NCBI RefSeq assembly: GCF_004343305.1
Contig: NZ_SMAF01000006.1
Span: 127,501-191,500, forward strand
Direction: 5' to 3'
Length of the DNA: 64,000 nucleotides
Source: Pseudofulvimonas gallinarii
GTDB taxonomy: Bacteria > Pseudomonadota > Gammaproteobacteria > Xanthomonadales > UBA2363
Under the pieces are notes generated by a model, which saw only the letters and a list, made by a program, of their open reading frames with translations, was not told where the DNA came from and did not search any database. The position numbers were made by a program, and so were the translations under genes. Shown one piece after another: positions 37,011 through 48,550 of this stretch; within the stretch, counting starts at the first letter, position 1; every line of letters begins with the position of its first letter.

Positions 37011-38765
37011 TCAGTGATGGCCCGGTTCCGCCGGCCGTTCCGCCAGCGTCGCGGTAATGTCCAGCTGCGCGCGCGTGTACAGGCTGGCCAGTCGCTGCCA
37101 CAGCACGCCGGCGACGGCGAGCAGGACCAGCAGCAGGACCAGGCCCGGCCAGGAACCGACCATGGCCATCGTGAAGCCGAGCACGATCGCCACCGTTGGC
37201 AGCAGCATCAGCGCGAACAGCAGGTGGCGCATCAGGGCGCGGCCGAAGGGCCGGTTGGGCCCGACGCCGACGTCCGCGAGCGCCATGGCCAGCGCGCGCT
37301 GCTTGCCGATGGCATGAATGATGATCGGCAGGCACAGCACCAGCGCCGCGATCGGCAGCGCCCACGACAGGTGCGGCAGCAGTGCCTCCAGCTCGGCGTC
37401 GAAGCGTCGCGCCGCCAGGCCGGAGAAGGCCAGGATCGCGATGATCAGCACCAGGTCGAGCAGGATGTACAGGGTCATCCGGCGCAGGATGCGGCGGATC
37501 ATGGCGCGCTCGTCGTCGGCGACGTCACCGAAGGATTCGAGCCAGCGCTGGTAGTAGCGCAGCGGCAGCTTCAGTCGCGTCGGCAGGAAACGCGACAGCA
37601 GCTTGCTGAAGGCGTCCGACGACTTGATCAGGTAGGGCGTCAGGAACGTGGTCACGGCGGACACCGCCACCGTTACCGGATACAGGAAGCCGCTCGCCAC
37701 GCCGGCGGCCGTGCCGTGCTGGGCGATGATGAAGCTGAATTCGCCGATCTGCGCCATGCCCATGCCGGAGCGCAAGGCGCGCACCGCTGGTGCCCCGCCA
37801 ATGAACGCGCCGAGCGCGCAGGTGCCGACCTTGCCGACCACGACCAGCAAAGTGATCAGGGTGACCGGCATCCAGTACTCCACCAGCGTGGCTGGTTCGA
37901 TCATCATGCCGATGGCGACGAAGAACACCGCGCTGAACATGTCACGCACCGGTTCGACCACGGCTTCGACCTTGGGCCCGGCCGGGCTTTCCGCGACCAG
38001 CACGCCGGCGAGGAAGGCGCCCAGCGCGATGCTGTATTCAAGCTGGTAGGCCAGCAGCGAGATCGCGAAGCAGACGCCCAGCGCGGTGATCAGCAGCATC
38101 TCGTTGCTGCCGAAGCGGGACACGAAGGCGAACAGCCTCGGCATCAGCAGCAGGCCGGCGACGGTGGTCAGCACCATGAACAGGGCCAACTCGCCGAGCT
38201 TGAGCATCACCGCGCCGACATCGACCGCTTCGCTGCCGCCGGCGGCGCTGGCGGTCGAGATCAGCGCCAGCATGGCGATGGCGATGATGTCCTCGACGAT
38301 CAGCGTGCCGAAGATGATCTGCGCGAACGGCCTGTGCGTCATCTTCAGGTCCTGCAGGGCCTTGATGATGATGGTCGTCGACGACATCGACAGGATGGCG
38401 CCCAGGAACACCGCGTCCATCACCGACCAGCCGAAGGCGCGACCGAGCAGGTAGCCCAGCATCACCATCACCACCACCTCGATCAGTGCCACGACGACCG
38501 CGATCCGGCCGACCTTGAGCAGCTTGCCGATCGAGAAGTGCAGGCCGAGGCCGAACATCAGCATCACCAGGCCGATCTCGGCGAACGATTCGATGGTGTG
38601 TTCGTCGGCGATCAGCGGCCAGGGCGGCGTATGGGGACCGATCAGCAGGCCGGCGAGCAGGTATCCGAGCACGACCGGCTGCTTGAGGGCATGGCAGAGC
38701 AGGGTGGCCGCGGCGGCGAAGACCAGAATGGTCGCCAGGTCCTGGAGCAGGGTGATGGGATGCAT
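37011..38765 (-). CDS. cation:proton antiporter (CPA2-like) with C-terminal extension
   Basis: 12-13 TM helices; LGYLLAGLLIGP, VMLMFGLGL, Na/H exchanger core; extra C-terminal TM region. Confidence 0.8.
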   Translation of the reverse strand: MHPITLLQDLATILVFAAAATLLCHALKQPVVLGYLLAGLLIGPHTPPWPLIADEHTIESFAEIGLVMLMFGLGLHFSIGKLLKVGRIAVVVALIEVVVMVMLGYLLGRAFGWSVMDAVFLGAILSMSSTTIIIKALQDLKMTHRPFAQIIFGTLIVEDIIAIAMLALISTASAAGGSEAVDVGAVMLKLGELALFMVLTTVAGLLLMPRLFAFVSRFGSNEMLLITALGVCFAISLLAYQLEYSIALGAFLAGVLVAESPAGPKVEAVVEPVRDMFSAVFFVAIGMMIEPATLVEYWMPVTLITLLVVVGKVGTCALGAFIGGAPAVRALRSGMGMAQIGEFSFIIAQHGTAAGVASGFLYPVTVAVSAVTTFLTPYLIKSSDAFSKLLSRFLPTRLKLPLRYYQRWLESFGDVADDERAMIRRILRRMTLYILLDLVLIIAILAFSGLAARRFDAELEALLPHLSWALPIAALVLCLPIIIHAIGKQRALAMALADVGVGPNRPFGRALMRHLLFALMLLPTVAIVLGFTMAMVGSWPGLVLLLVLLAVAGVLWQRLASLYTRAQLDITATLAERPAEPGHH

Positions 38766-39316
38766 CCGCAGATGCTAACCGCTGGCCCGCGGCGCCAGCG
38801 AGTGCCGGGCCATCGACGGCGCCCCCGCCGCGCCGGAGCGAGGGTCAAGGCCCGGGGATCCGCTGCGGCCGACTGCCCGTGCGCGGCCGTGGTCGGGCAG
38901 CGCCCACCGCGGCGGCGGGCGTCGGACACGTCGCCCGCATTTTTCCGCGATGGCCGGAAAAACGTCGTAATTGCGTAACAGTACAGGAGCGCCGGAAACG
39001 GCAACGGGGACAGGTGTTCTCCACCTCAGGCAAAGAGCAAGCCATCGATTGATCCTGCACCCGCAGGTTGCGACAATTGCGGGAACGCAGGGACAACCGG
39101 ATCAAGCATCACGTCGCGCTCCGGGCACACCGGCCCTCCTCTCCGGCGGGTCGCGGCCACTGCCGGTGCGCGCTCGCGATGACGGCCGGACAAGAGATGC
39201 GCCGGCGTGTCGGGCTTTTTCCGGATATCGCGTCTACATGGGGGCGGGTCCGCGGGTCGCTTCGGGTCCAGGCGGACGTCCTCGGTCGGATGGGGCAATC
39301 AAAGGAGGGAAGTCTC

Positions 39317-39958
39317 ATGAACAGCTGGCGAAAGGTCCAAACAGGCCTGGTGTCGGTGGCACTGTCCAGTGCTGTGGGAGTGGTCGCGGCGCAGGCAGCG
39401 CCAGACAGCTGGCATGGTGGTGGCGATGACGTGATCGTTCTGGAGTCGGTGGGCGGTGATCCGGACTTCATCGGGAGCGATGCGCCCGGTGAGCGCGGAA
39501 CACTGCCGACCGGGGTGGGCTGGGCCCATGTATTCGGTTACGAACTGCGGGGAAGGACGGCGCCATACGAGTACGCGGCGATCACGGATTCCGGGGCGCA
39601 CTGGTGTACCGGCAGTGAGCGATTCGCCGATGCGCGGGTGGATGTGCCTCACAACGTCTACATCACCCATCTGCGCCTGTGGGCTTACGATAATGCGGCC
39701 GGCCACGATGTCGCCGCGATCCTGTTTCGCAGCTGTCTCCCCACCGTGGATCCGGGTGACCCGCAGAACACCATCCTGGGCATGGTGAGCTCGAGCGGGT
39801 CGCCGGGCGACTTCACGAACTACGTGAACATCTCCGCAGAGCCGACGAACACGAACCTCTGCTCGTATTTCATCCGGGCCCGTTTCGGGACGGGCTGCGG
39901 CGGGGGCGGGGAGACGACGTTCCGCCGGGCGCGCATCCAGTATTCGACCAGTCCGTGA
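39317..39958 (+). CDS. secreted hypothetical protein, tandem paralog 1 (213 aa)
   Basis: AAAGGAGGGA RBS 6 nt upstream. Signal MNSWRKVQTGLVSVALSSAVGVVAAQA. Cys-containing mature part, ...LCSYFIRARFG...RIQYS. Confidence 0.5.
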   Translation: MNSWRKVQTGLVSVALSSAVGVVAAQAAPDSWHGGGDDVIVLESVGGDPDFIGSDAPGERGTLPTGVGWAHVFGYELRGRTAPYEYAAITDSGAHWCTGSERFADARVDVPHNVYITHLRLWAYDNAAGHDVAAILFRSCLPTVDPGDPQNTILGMVSSSGSPGDFTNYVNISAEPTNTNLCSYFIRARFGTGCGGGGETTFRRARIQYSTSP

Positions 39959-39977
39959 ATTGTCGGGAGAAGACGAA

Positions 39978-40598
39978 ATGACACTCGCGAAACCCCTGAT
40001 GGCCACGGTCGCCCTCGCGCTCGCCGCCTTCACCGGTACCGGGTTGCGTGCCGATGATATCGAGCTGCGCGGAACGCCGGCCTACAACAACATGGACTAC
40101 GTCGGCTGGGTGGGCACCGCCGCCGATCCGTCGGCCCATACCGCTGCCTATATCAGCAACTTCGACAACTCGTCGTCGTACGACTGCGCCAACGGCGGCC
40201 CGGGTGGCAGCCGTCTGATCCGCTATCCATTCATGCTGCCCGATCTGCGCCAGATCCATTTTGTACGTATATGGGGCCAGAAGGCGGACCTCACCGCGGA
40301 CCTGGACATCCGTCTGCGGCGCTCGTGCACGAATTTCCTCCACCCTGTTCCCCCGGTCATGACCACGATCGGCACCACTTCGGTCGCCGAGGCGCCCGGC
40401 TATTTTTCGGCGCTGATCGGGGTCGATTCGACCGAGATGCCCGACAACGCACTGTGCCGCTACGTGGTGGAGGTGGAAATGGGGTCTGCGGCGTCGGCGT
40501 GCGCCGCGTATCCAGGAGCGCTGCGCATCATGAAGATCCGGGTCCAGAGCTCCCTGACCGACCGGATTTTCCGCAGCGCATTCCGCGAAGCATTCTGA
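39978..40598 (+). CDS. secreted hypothetical protein, tandem paralog 2
   Basis: GGGAGAAG RBS. Signal MTLAKPLMATVALALAAFTGTGLRA. ...LCRYVVEVEMG...RIMKIRVQSS parallels paralog 1. Confidence 0.45.
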   Translation: MTLAKPLMATVALALAAFTGTGLRADDIELRGTPAYNNMDYVGWVGTAADPSAHTAAYISNFDNSSSYDCANGGPGGSRLIRYPFMLPDLRQIHFVRIWGQKADLTADLDIRLRRSCTNFLHPVPPVMTTIGTTSVAEAPGYFSALIGVDSTEMPDNALCRYVVEVEMGSAASACAAYPGALRIMKIRVQSSLTDRIFRSAFREAF

Positions 40599-40611
40599 GG
40601 AGCACCCGACC

Positions 40612-41319
40612 ATGTGCAATCAACGCATCAGCACCCCTATCGCCGGAGCGATCGTTCTGGCGGCGCTGTCGGCGTCCGGGACAACGCTTGCAGGCGAACG
40701 CGAATACGAGTGGATCACCGATCCCGTGCAGCTGGAAGCCAGGGGCTTCAACCCGGATGGCCCGCCGTTGCGGCGGCTGGTTCCCGCAAGTGACACGCGG
40801 TCAAAGGAGGAACGGCTGGCGGAGCGTCGGGCGCGCGAACAACGTGCCGGAAGCGCCGAGGTCGGTGGCCCGGGCGTGAACTGGGCCACGGTGCAGGCTT
40901 CGGACTTCAGGTTTCTCAGTGAGTCCGCGCTCTACAACACCGGCGGCAATTACTACCTGTCCATCGAGCCGGGCACGCCGAACCGTTTCGCCGATGCCCC
41001 GATTCTCCTCAAGGATGATCGCAGGCTGATGTACCTCGATGTCTGGACGCACGACACCAACCCGGCCAGGGGCGTCGATGTCGCTCTCTACGAGGTATGC
41101 CAGCCTCCTTTCACCGGCGCCGCGGCCGAGGTGACCGAGCTGGCGATGGTGGAAGGCGGCAGCGAGAGCGGCGGAAATGCCTTCAACTGGGCGACCATCC
41201 CCGTGACGTACGTCGACAATCGCGTCTGCGTCTATTACGTGCGCGCCATGTTTTCGATCCCGGTCGACTACGGAGACGATGTCAGGCTCCAGAAAGTCCG
41301 CGTTTACTGGAACGGCTGA
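40612..41319 (+). CDS. secreted hypothetical protein, tandem paralog 3 (235 aa)
   Basis: GAGGAG RBS. Signal MCNQRISTPIAGAIVLAALSASGTTLAG. ...VCVYYVRAMFS...LQKVRVYWNG parallels paralogs 1-2. Confidence 0.5.
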   Translation: MCNQRISTPIAGAIVLAALSASGTTLAGEREYEWITDPVQLEARGFNPDGPPLRRLVPASDTRSKEERLAERRAREQRAGSAEVGGPGVNWATVQASDFRFLSESALYNTGGNYYLSIEPGTPNRFADAPILLKDDRRLMYLDVWTHDTNPARGVDVALYEVCQPPFTGAAAEVTELAMVEGGSESGGNAFNWATIPVTYVDNRVCVYYVRAMFSIPVDYGDDVRLQKVRVYWNG

Positions 41320-41478
41320 TCAAGGCGCCGCGCGGATGGCTCTGCCGTCCGCGCGGTCGCCGCGGTGGTCGCGGTCGCGGCCAGCCGTACCGGGGGCGAG
41401 CCGGTATCATGCCGCCATGAGTCACTCCGATTACAGGACCGGGCCGTTGCGGCCGGTCGCCAGGCGGTCCTGCCGCTG

Positions 41479-42108
41479 ATGGGCCGCTCGAAAAGTTCCC
41501 ACCGCTGGCTGCGCGAGCACTTCAGCGATCCCTACGTGAAAAAGGCGCAGGCCGAGGGGCTGCGTTCGCGCGCCGCGTACAAGCTCGAGGAGCTGCTGGA
41601 CAAGAACCGGCTGATCCGTCCGGGCATGGTCATCGTCGATCTCGGCGCCGCGCCCGGCGGCTGGTCGCAGCTGGCGGCCCGGACGCTGGGCGGCCAGGGT
41701 CGCGTGATCGCCCTGGACATCCTCGACATGCCGTCGCTGCCTGGCGTGGATTTCATCCAGGCCGATTTCCGCGAGGACAGCGCCGTGGCGGCGCTGGAAG
41801 GCCTGCTCGCCGGCCAGCAGGTCGACCTTGTGCTGTCCGATATGGCCCCCAATATGAGTGGTGTCGAATCGGTCGACCAGGCCCGGGCGATGCATCTGGC
41901 TGAACTGGCAAGGGATTTCGCCTTGCAGTGGTTGAAGCCCGGTGGTGACTTCCTGGTCAAGCTGTTCCATGGCGTGGGTTTCGACGACTACGTCCGCGAC
42001 CTGCGCCGCGCCTTCACCAGGGTCGTGGTACGCAAGCCCAAGGCGTCGCGGGCGCGCAGTCCCGAGGTCTATGCCCTGGCCACCGGCCGCAAGCCGGAAC
42101 AGGCCTGA
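41479..42108 (+). CDS. rlmE: 23S rRNA (uridine2552-2'-O)-methyltransferase RlmE (FtsJ)
   Basis: MGRSKSSHRWLREHFSDPYVKKAQAEGLRSRAAYKLEEL...DLGAAPGGWSQ...VLSDMAPN. Confidence 0.9.
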   Translation: MGRSKSSHRWLREHFSDPYVKKAQAEGLRSRAAYKLEELLDKNRLIRPGMVIVDLGAAPGGWSQLAARTLGGQGRVIALDILDMPSLPGVDFIQADFREDSAVAALEGLLAGQQVDLVLSDMAPNMSGVESVDQARAMHLAELARDFALQWLKPGGDFLVKLFHGVGFDDYVRDLRRAFTRVVVRKPKASRARSPEVYALATGRKPEQA

Positions 42109-42162
42109 GCCTGTTTACCCTCCCATCAGCCCTCCCGGCGCCAAGCTGGTACTGTTGCCACC

Positions 42163-44085
<1,923 letters not shown>

Positions 44086-44318
44086 AGTGCGGCGTCCAGA
44101 GCCGTCCGGGCCCGGACTCCGGCGCGTCCTGGCGCTGGTCCTGAGCCGTGCGGCCGCCGGACTCGGCGGCGCACTGGCCGGCATGGGCCTGGTCCACCTG
44201 GTCCTTGCCGGCAATCCATGGGGCCTGGCACTGATGGTGCCGGGCCTCTTGCTTTTCCTCGTCGGCATCCGGCAGGCGGCGCGCCTTTCCGGGCCGCGCT
44301 GAAGCAGGGAGCGCAAGC

Positions 44319-45236
44319 ATGTTCGAAATCGACCCGTCCGCCGTCGTGATCGATTGCGCCGGCCGCACACTGGCGCTCGACCGGCCGCGCATCATGGGCA
44401 TCGTCAATGTCACCCCGGATTCGTTCTCGGATGGCGGCCGGCACGCCAGCACCGAGGCGGCCGTCGCGCATGCACTGCGGCTAGCGGAGGAAGGTGCAGA
44501 CATCCTCGACATCGGTGGCGAATCGACGCGCCCTGGCGCCGATCCGGTTCCGCTGGACGAGGAGCTGCGCCGGGTCATTCCGGTCATCGAGGCGCTGGTG
44601 CGCGACAGCGACCGCATCGTCTCCGTGGATACCCGACATGCCGAGGTCATGCGCGCGGCCATCGCCGCCGGCGCCGGTATGGTCAACGATGTCGCCGCGC
44701 TGCGCGGCGAAGGCGCCTTGTCGGCGGTCGCCGACAGCGCCGCCGCCGTCTGCCTGATGCACATGCAGGGCGAGCCTGGCAGCATGCAGGACGCGCCGCA
44801 CTACGACGACGTCATCGGCGAGGTCAGGCGCTTCCTTGCCGACCGCATCCTCGCCTGCGAACTGGCCGGCATCCTGCGCCGGCGCATCGTCATCGACCCC
44901 GGATTCGGCTTCGGCAAGACCAGCGAACACAACCTCGCGCTGCTGGCCGGACTGGACCGCTTCGCCGACCTGGGCGTTCCGCTGCTGGCCGGACTGTCGC
45001 GCAAGCGCACCATCGGCGAGCTGACCGGCCGCGACGAACCGGCGCAGCGCCTGCATGGCTCGGTGGCCGCGGCCGTGCTGGCCGCCGAGCGCGGCGCGCG
45101 CATCCTACGGGTCCACGACGTCGCCGCGACCCGTGACGCGCTGCGCGTGCAGGCGGCGGTCGCCGCCGCGGCCGGGCGGTTGCCTTCCGCGCGGGCGGGC
45201 GCAGCGCCGGCCATCCGATGGCCCGACGACGAATAG
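44319..45236 (+). CDS. folP: dihydropteroate synthase FolP
   Basis: IMGIVNVTPDSFSDGG, DIGGESTRPGA, DPGFGFGK, RVHDV are conserved DHPS motifs. Confidence 0.9.
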   Translation: MFEIDPSAVVIDCAGRTLALDRPRIMGIVNVTPDSFSDGGRHASTEAAVAHALRLAEEGADILDIGGESTRPGADPVPLDEELRRVIPVIEALVRDSDRIVSVDTRHAEVMRAAIAAGAGMVNDVAALRGEGALSAVADSAAAVCLMHMQGEPGSMQDAPHYDDVIGEVRRFLADRILACELAGILRRRIVIDPGFGFGKTSEHNLALLAGLDRFADLGVPLLAGLSRKRTIGELTGRDEPAQRLHGSVAAAVLAAERGARILRVHDVAATRDALRVQAAVAAAAGRLPSARAGAAPAIRWPDDE

Positions 45237-45499
45237 CGTCAGGGCCCGCGGAGAAAGCCGGCAAGCCGACCGGCCTGATGGCTGGCCCCATGAAGGGCCG
45301 GCGACGATGCGCCAGGGCACTCCCGCCGGGCCGTGCAACGGCTCCGCCGCCGGGCCGGCGCGCCGGATGATGCCGGTGAGGCCAGGGATCGAGTCTTTCC
45401 AGCTGCCACTTGAGCCTCTCGATCACGGGCAGCATGCCTTGGTGTTGTTGAAGCACAGGTCGAACGATCGCAAGCCGGTTCCGGCGGCGCCCATCTGTA

Positions 45500-45523
45500 A
45501 ACAATTGTTGCAGGTACTTGCAG
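45500..45523. promoter_or_regulatory. perfect 10-bp palindrome AACAATTGTT overlapping direct repeat TTGCAG-N4-TTGCAG (candidate operator/promoter)
   Basis: Local AT-richer patch in an otherwise GC-rich intergenic region, about 100 bp upstream of a small ORF that has a strong RBS. Confidence 0.25.
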
Positions 45524-45624
45524 TCCCTCCCGGGATTGCTAGTCTGGCTTCAAATCGCGACACCGGTCACAGCAGATGTGGCGCGAAGTCACGATCAGGG
45601 ACGGGGCGGTAGGGAGGACACGGG

Positions 45625-45816
45625 ATGCCGATGCGGATCCAGCGGATGTTCGATTGCCAGAGTCGTCTGGGCGTCCTCGAGGCGTTCCTGACCGAGATCG
45701 GCCAGCGACTGGCCTCGCAGCCCTCCGATGAAACCCTGCGCCAGACCTATTGTCGCGCCCAGCGCGAAGCGCTCGACCTGAGCTGCCGCCTGGCCCGGAT
45801 GGCCGCCGAGGCCTGA
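45625..45816 (+). CDS. small hypothetical protein (63 aa)
   Basis: GGGAGG 7 nt upstream of ATG. Sequence MPMRIQRMFDCQSRLGVLEAFLTEIGQRLASQ... Confidence 0.3.
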   Translation: MPMRIQRMFDCQSRLGVLEAFLTEIGQRLASQPSDETLRQTYCRAQREALDLSCRLARMAAEA

Positions 45817-46224
45817 GGGCAAGGCGTCGGCGACGCCGATCCTGCGCGGCGCCAGTTACCACCCCATCCCTGTGCATCGCGGCCGTGCGCCGGCCATGTC
45901 CTGACCGCCTGCGACGCCTGCGGCGCCCTCCGGTGCGAGCCGCGAAGGCAGCCAGCCTGCGTGCCGGCGTCCGCGGACCAGCGGCTCGGAATGAGCGGAT
46001 GGCGCCGGGTCGCGTTCATCGCTGTACAGGTCGCCGCCCGGGCTGGACCGGCTCGAAAGCGGCGCCCCGTCCGGCCTGCTATCGCCGTCGCCCCTGCGCA
46101 ATCCCTGCCGCCGCCGCCGAAGCATCCGCAGGCGGCCGCATCGGTCCTGCCAAGCGCGTGTCGAACGGTTACGCTTTGCGTCTTCCATCCCGCCGCGGGA
46201 TGCCGGATCACAGCAGGACGCACC

Positions 46225-47421
46225 ATGAGCCATTCACCGCAGTTGCGCATCGCCGCCACCTACATGCGCGGCGGCACGTCGAAGGGCGTGTTCTTCCGCC
46301 TCGAGGACCTGCCGGAGGCGGCGCGCGTGCCCGGCCGCGCGCGCGACGTGCTGTTCCAGCGCGTGATCGGCTCGCCCGATCCCTACGGCAAGCAGACCGA
46401 TGGCATGGGCGGCGCCACCTCCAGCACCAGCAAGTGCGTGATCGTCTCGCCGTCGACCCGGACCGGCCATGACGTCGATTACCTGTACGGGCAGGTCTCG
46501 ATCGACAGCGATTTCGTCGACTGGTCTGGCAACTGCGGCAACCTGTCGACGGCCGCCGGCGCCTTCGCCATCCACGCCGGTTATGTCGATCCCGCGCGCA
46601 TCCCCGGCAACGGCGTCTGCACCGTGCGCATCTGGCAGGCGAACATCGGCAAGACCATCCTCGCGCACGTGCCGGTCAGCAACGGCCAGGTGCAGGAAAC
46701 CGGCGATTTCGAACTGGACGGCGTGACCTTCCCGGCCGCCGAGATCGTCCTGGAATTCATCGATCCGGCCGATGAAGGCGAGAGCGAAGGTGGCGGCGCG
46801 ATGTTCCCCACCGGCCAGCTGGTCGATTCGCTGGAAGTGCCAGGCGTCGGCACGCTGCCGGCGACGATGATCACGGCGGGCATTCCCACGGTGTTCGTCA
46901 ACGCCGCCGACCTCGGCTATGACGGCACCGAACTGCAGCCGGCGATCAATGGCGATGCCGCCGCGCTGGCGCGCCTGGAAGCCGTGCGCGTCGCCGGGGC
47001 GCTGCGCATGGGCCTGATCCGTTCCGCGGACGAAGCGGCCACGCGCCAGCACACGCCGAAGGTCGCGCTGGTCGCGCCGCCGCGCGACTACGTGTCCAGC
47101 AGCGGCAAGGCCATCGCCGCCGGCGACATCGACCTCAACGTCCGCGCGCTGTCGATGGGCAAGCTGCACCACGCGATGATGGGCACCGCGTCGGTGGCGA
47201 TCGCCACCGCCGCCGCCGTGCCCGGCACGCTGGTGAATCTCGCCGCCGGCGGTGGCGCGCGCGAAAGCGTGCGCTTCGGCCATCCTTCCGGCACCTTGCG
47301 TGTCGGCGCCGCGGTCGCGCAGGTCCAAGGCCAGTGGCAGGTCACGCGGGCGGTGATGAGCCGCAGCGCACGCATCCTGATGGAAGGATTCGTCCGCGTG
47401 CCGGCGGACGTGCCGGGCTGA
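46225..47421 (+). CDS. PrpF-family protein (2-methylaconitate isomerase-like; AcnD-accessory family)
   Basis: MSHSPQLRIAATYMRGGTSKGVFF...GSPDPYG.Q.DGMGG...SK and C-terminal SMGKLHHA are typical of PrpF/DUF453. Confidence 0.8.
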   Translation: MSHSPQLRIAATYMRGGTSKGVFFRLEDLPEAARVPGRARDVLFQRVIGSPDPYGKQTDGMGGATSSTSKCVIVSPSTRTGHDVDYLYGQVSIDSDFVDWSGNCGNLSTAAGAFAIHAGYVDPARIPGNGVCTVRIWQANIGKTILAHVPVSNGQVQETGDFELDGVTFPAAEIVLEFIDPADEGESEGGGAMFPTGQLVDSLEVPGVGTLPATMITAGIPTVFVNAADLGYDGTELQPAINGDAAALARLEAVRVAGALRMGLIRSADEAATRQHTPKVALVAPPRDYVSSSGKAIAAGDIDLNVRALSMGKLHHAMMGTASVAIATAAAVPGTLVNLAAGGGARESVRFGHPSGTLRVGAAVAQVQGQWQVTRAVMSRSARILMEGFVRVPADVPG

Positions 47422-47464
47422 TCGGCGACGCGCCAGCCGGCGCACGCCGCACGGTCGTGCCGCT

Positions 47465-48478
47465 TCAGGCGAGCAGGCGCACCAGCACGTAGCCGCCCAC
47501 GGTCAGCCATGCGAACAGCAGCAGTGCCAGCCACAGCGGGCGGCTGCCGACGGCCCGCAGCGCGGCGAAGCGCGTGTTCATTCCCAGCGCGGCCATCGCG
47601 GTCGCGAGCAGCAGCGTGCACAGCAGCTGCATGGCCTCGCGGAAGGCGACGGACAGCGGCAGCAGTGAATTGATCGCGACCACCGCCGCGAAGGCGACGA
47701 CGAACCACGGGAACGCCGCAGCGCGAGCCTTGCCGGGGTCATCGCGGATGCCCAGCCGGCCGATGACGACCAGCACCGGCACCAGCATGAGCACGCGCAC
47801 CAGTTTCACCACCACGGCGCTGTCGGCGACCTCCGGTCCCAGCGCCTGGCCGATGGCGACGACCTGCGCCACTTCGTGCACGGTGGCGCCGGTGTAGATC
47901 CCGAACTGCCGCGGCGTCAGGTCGAGCAGTGCCGGCAGCAGCGGATACAGCAACAGGCTGGTGGTGCCGAACAGCACCACCGTGCCGACCGCCATCGCCA
48001 CCTTGGCGCTGTCGGCACGCAGGCAGCGCTCGACAGCCAGCACGGCGGCCGCGCCGCAGATGGCGCTGCCCGCCGCGGTCAGCAGCGCGCTGTCGCGATC
48101 CAGTCCCAGCCAGCGCCGACCGAACCACGTGCCCAGGGCCAGGGTGCTGGCCACGATCAGCATCGCGACCAGCAAGGCGCCGCTGCCGATGCCATCGATG
48201 TCGTGCGCATCGAGGCGGAAACCGTAGGCGACGACGCCGGCGCGCAGCAGGTGGCGCTGCGCTGCCGCCAGGCCGGGCGCGGCGGCGGGCAGGCGCGGAC
48301 CGGCGACATTGCCGATCGCCATGCCGATCAGGATGGCCAGCGTCAGCGGAGCCAGATGCAGCGCGGCAAGGGATGGCAGGCCGGCGATCCCCAGCGCGAG
48401 CATCGCCACCGCGGCAGCCAGTGCGAGGCCGGGCAGCAACGCAGGCAGGCGAAACCAGGGCAGGGTGATGGTGGACAT
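47465..48478 (-). CDS. yeiH: YeiH-family putative sulfate exporter / UPF0324 membrane protein
   Basis: Track ORF 47465..49501(-). Start MSTITLPWFRLPALLPGLALAAAV; 337 aa, polytopic. Confidence 0.8.
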   Translation of the reverse strand: MSTITLPWFRLPALLPGLALAAAVAMLALGIAGLPSLAALHLAPLTLAILIGMAIGNVAGPRLPAAAPGLAAAQRHLLRAGVVAYGFRLDAHDIDGIGSGALLVAMLIVASTLALGTWFGRRWLGLDRDSALLTAAGSAICGAAAVLAVERCLRADSAKVAMAVGTVVLFGTTSLLLYPLLPALLDLTPRQFGIYTGATVHEVAQVVAIGQALGPEVADSAVVVKLVRVLMLVPVLVVIGRLGIRDDPGKARAAAFPWFVVAFAAVVAINSLLPLSVAFREAMQLLCTLLLATAMAALGMNTRFAALRAVGSRPLWLALLLFAWLTVGGYVLVRLLA

Positions 48479-48550
48479 GGCCGGGCAGCATGCGCCCGGC
48501 TCGACGATCAGTCCATTTAGAATGTCTTCCCGGTTCGATAAGGATTCCTG

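Noticed and set aside
44094-44306. Possible small membrane protein (about 70 aa, GTG start) between ftsH and folP: ...LALVLSRAAAGLGGALAGMGLVHLVLAGNPWGLALMVPGLLLFLVGIRQAA
   Set aside because: Hydrophobic and plausible, but there is no ATG start or RBS, and hydrophobic runs arise easily from GC-rich (Leu/Ala/Gly codon) DNA. Left uncalled.
48479-48550. LysR T-N11-A operator in the yeiE/yeiH intergenic region
   Set aside because: No dyad with convincing symmetry found by eye in the 72-bp spacer.
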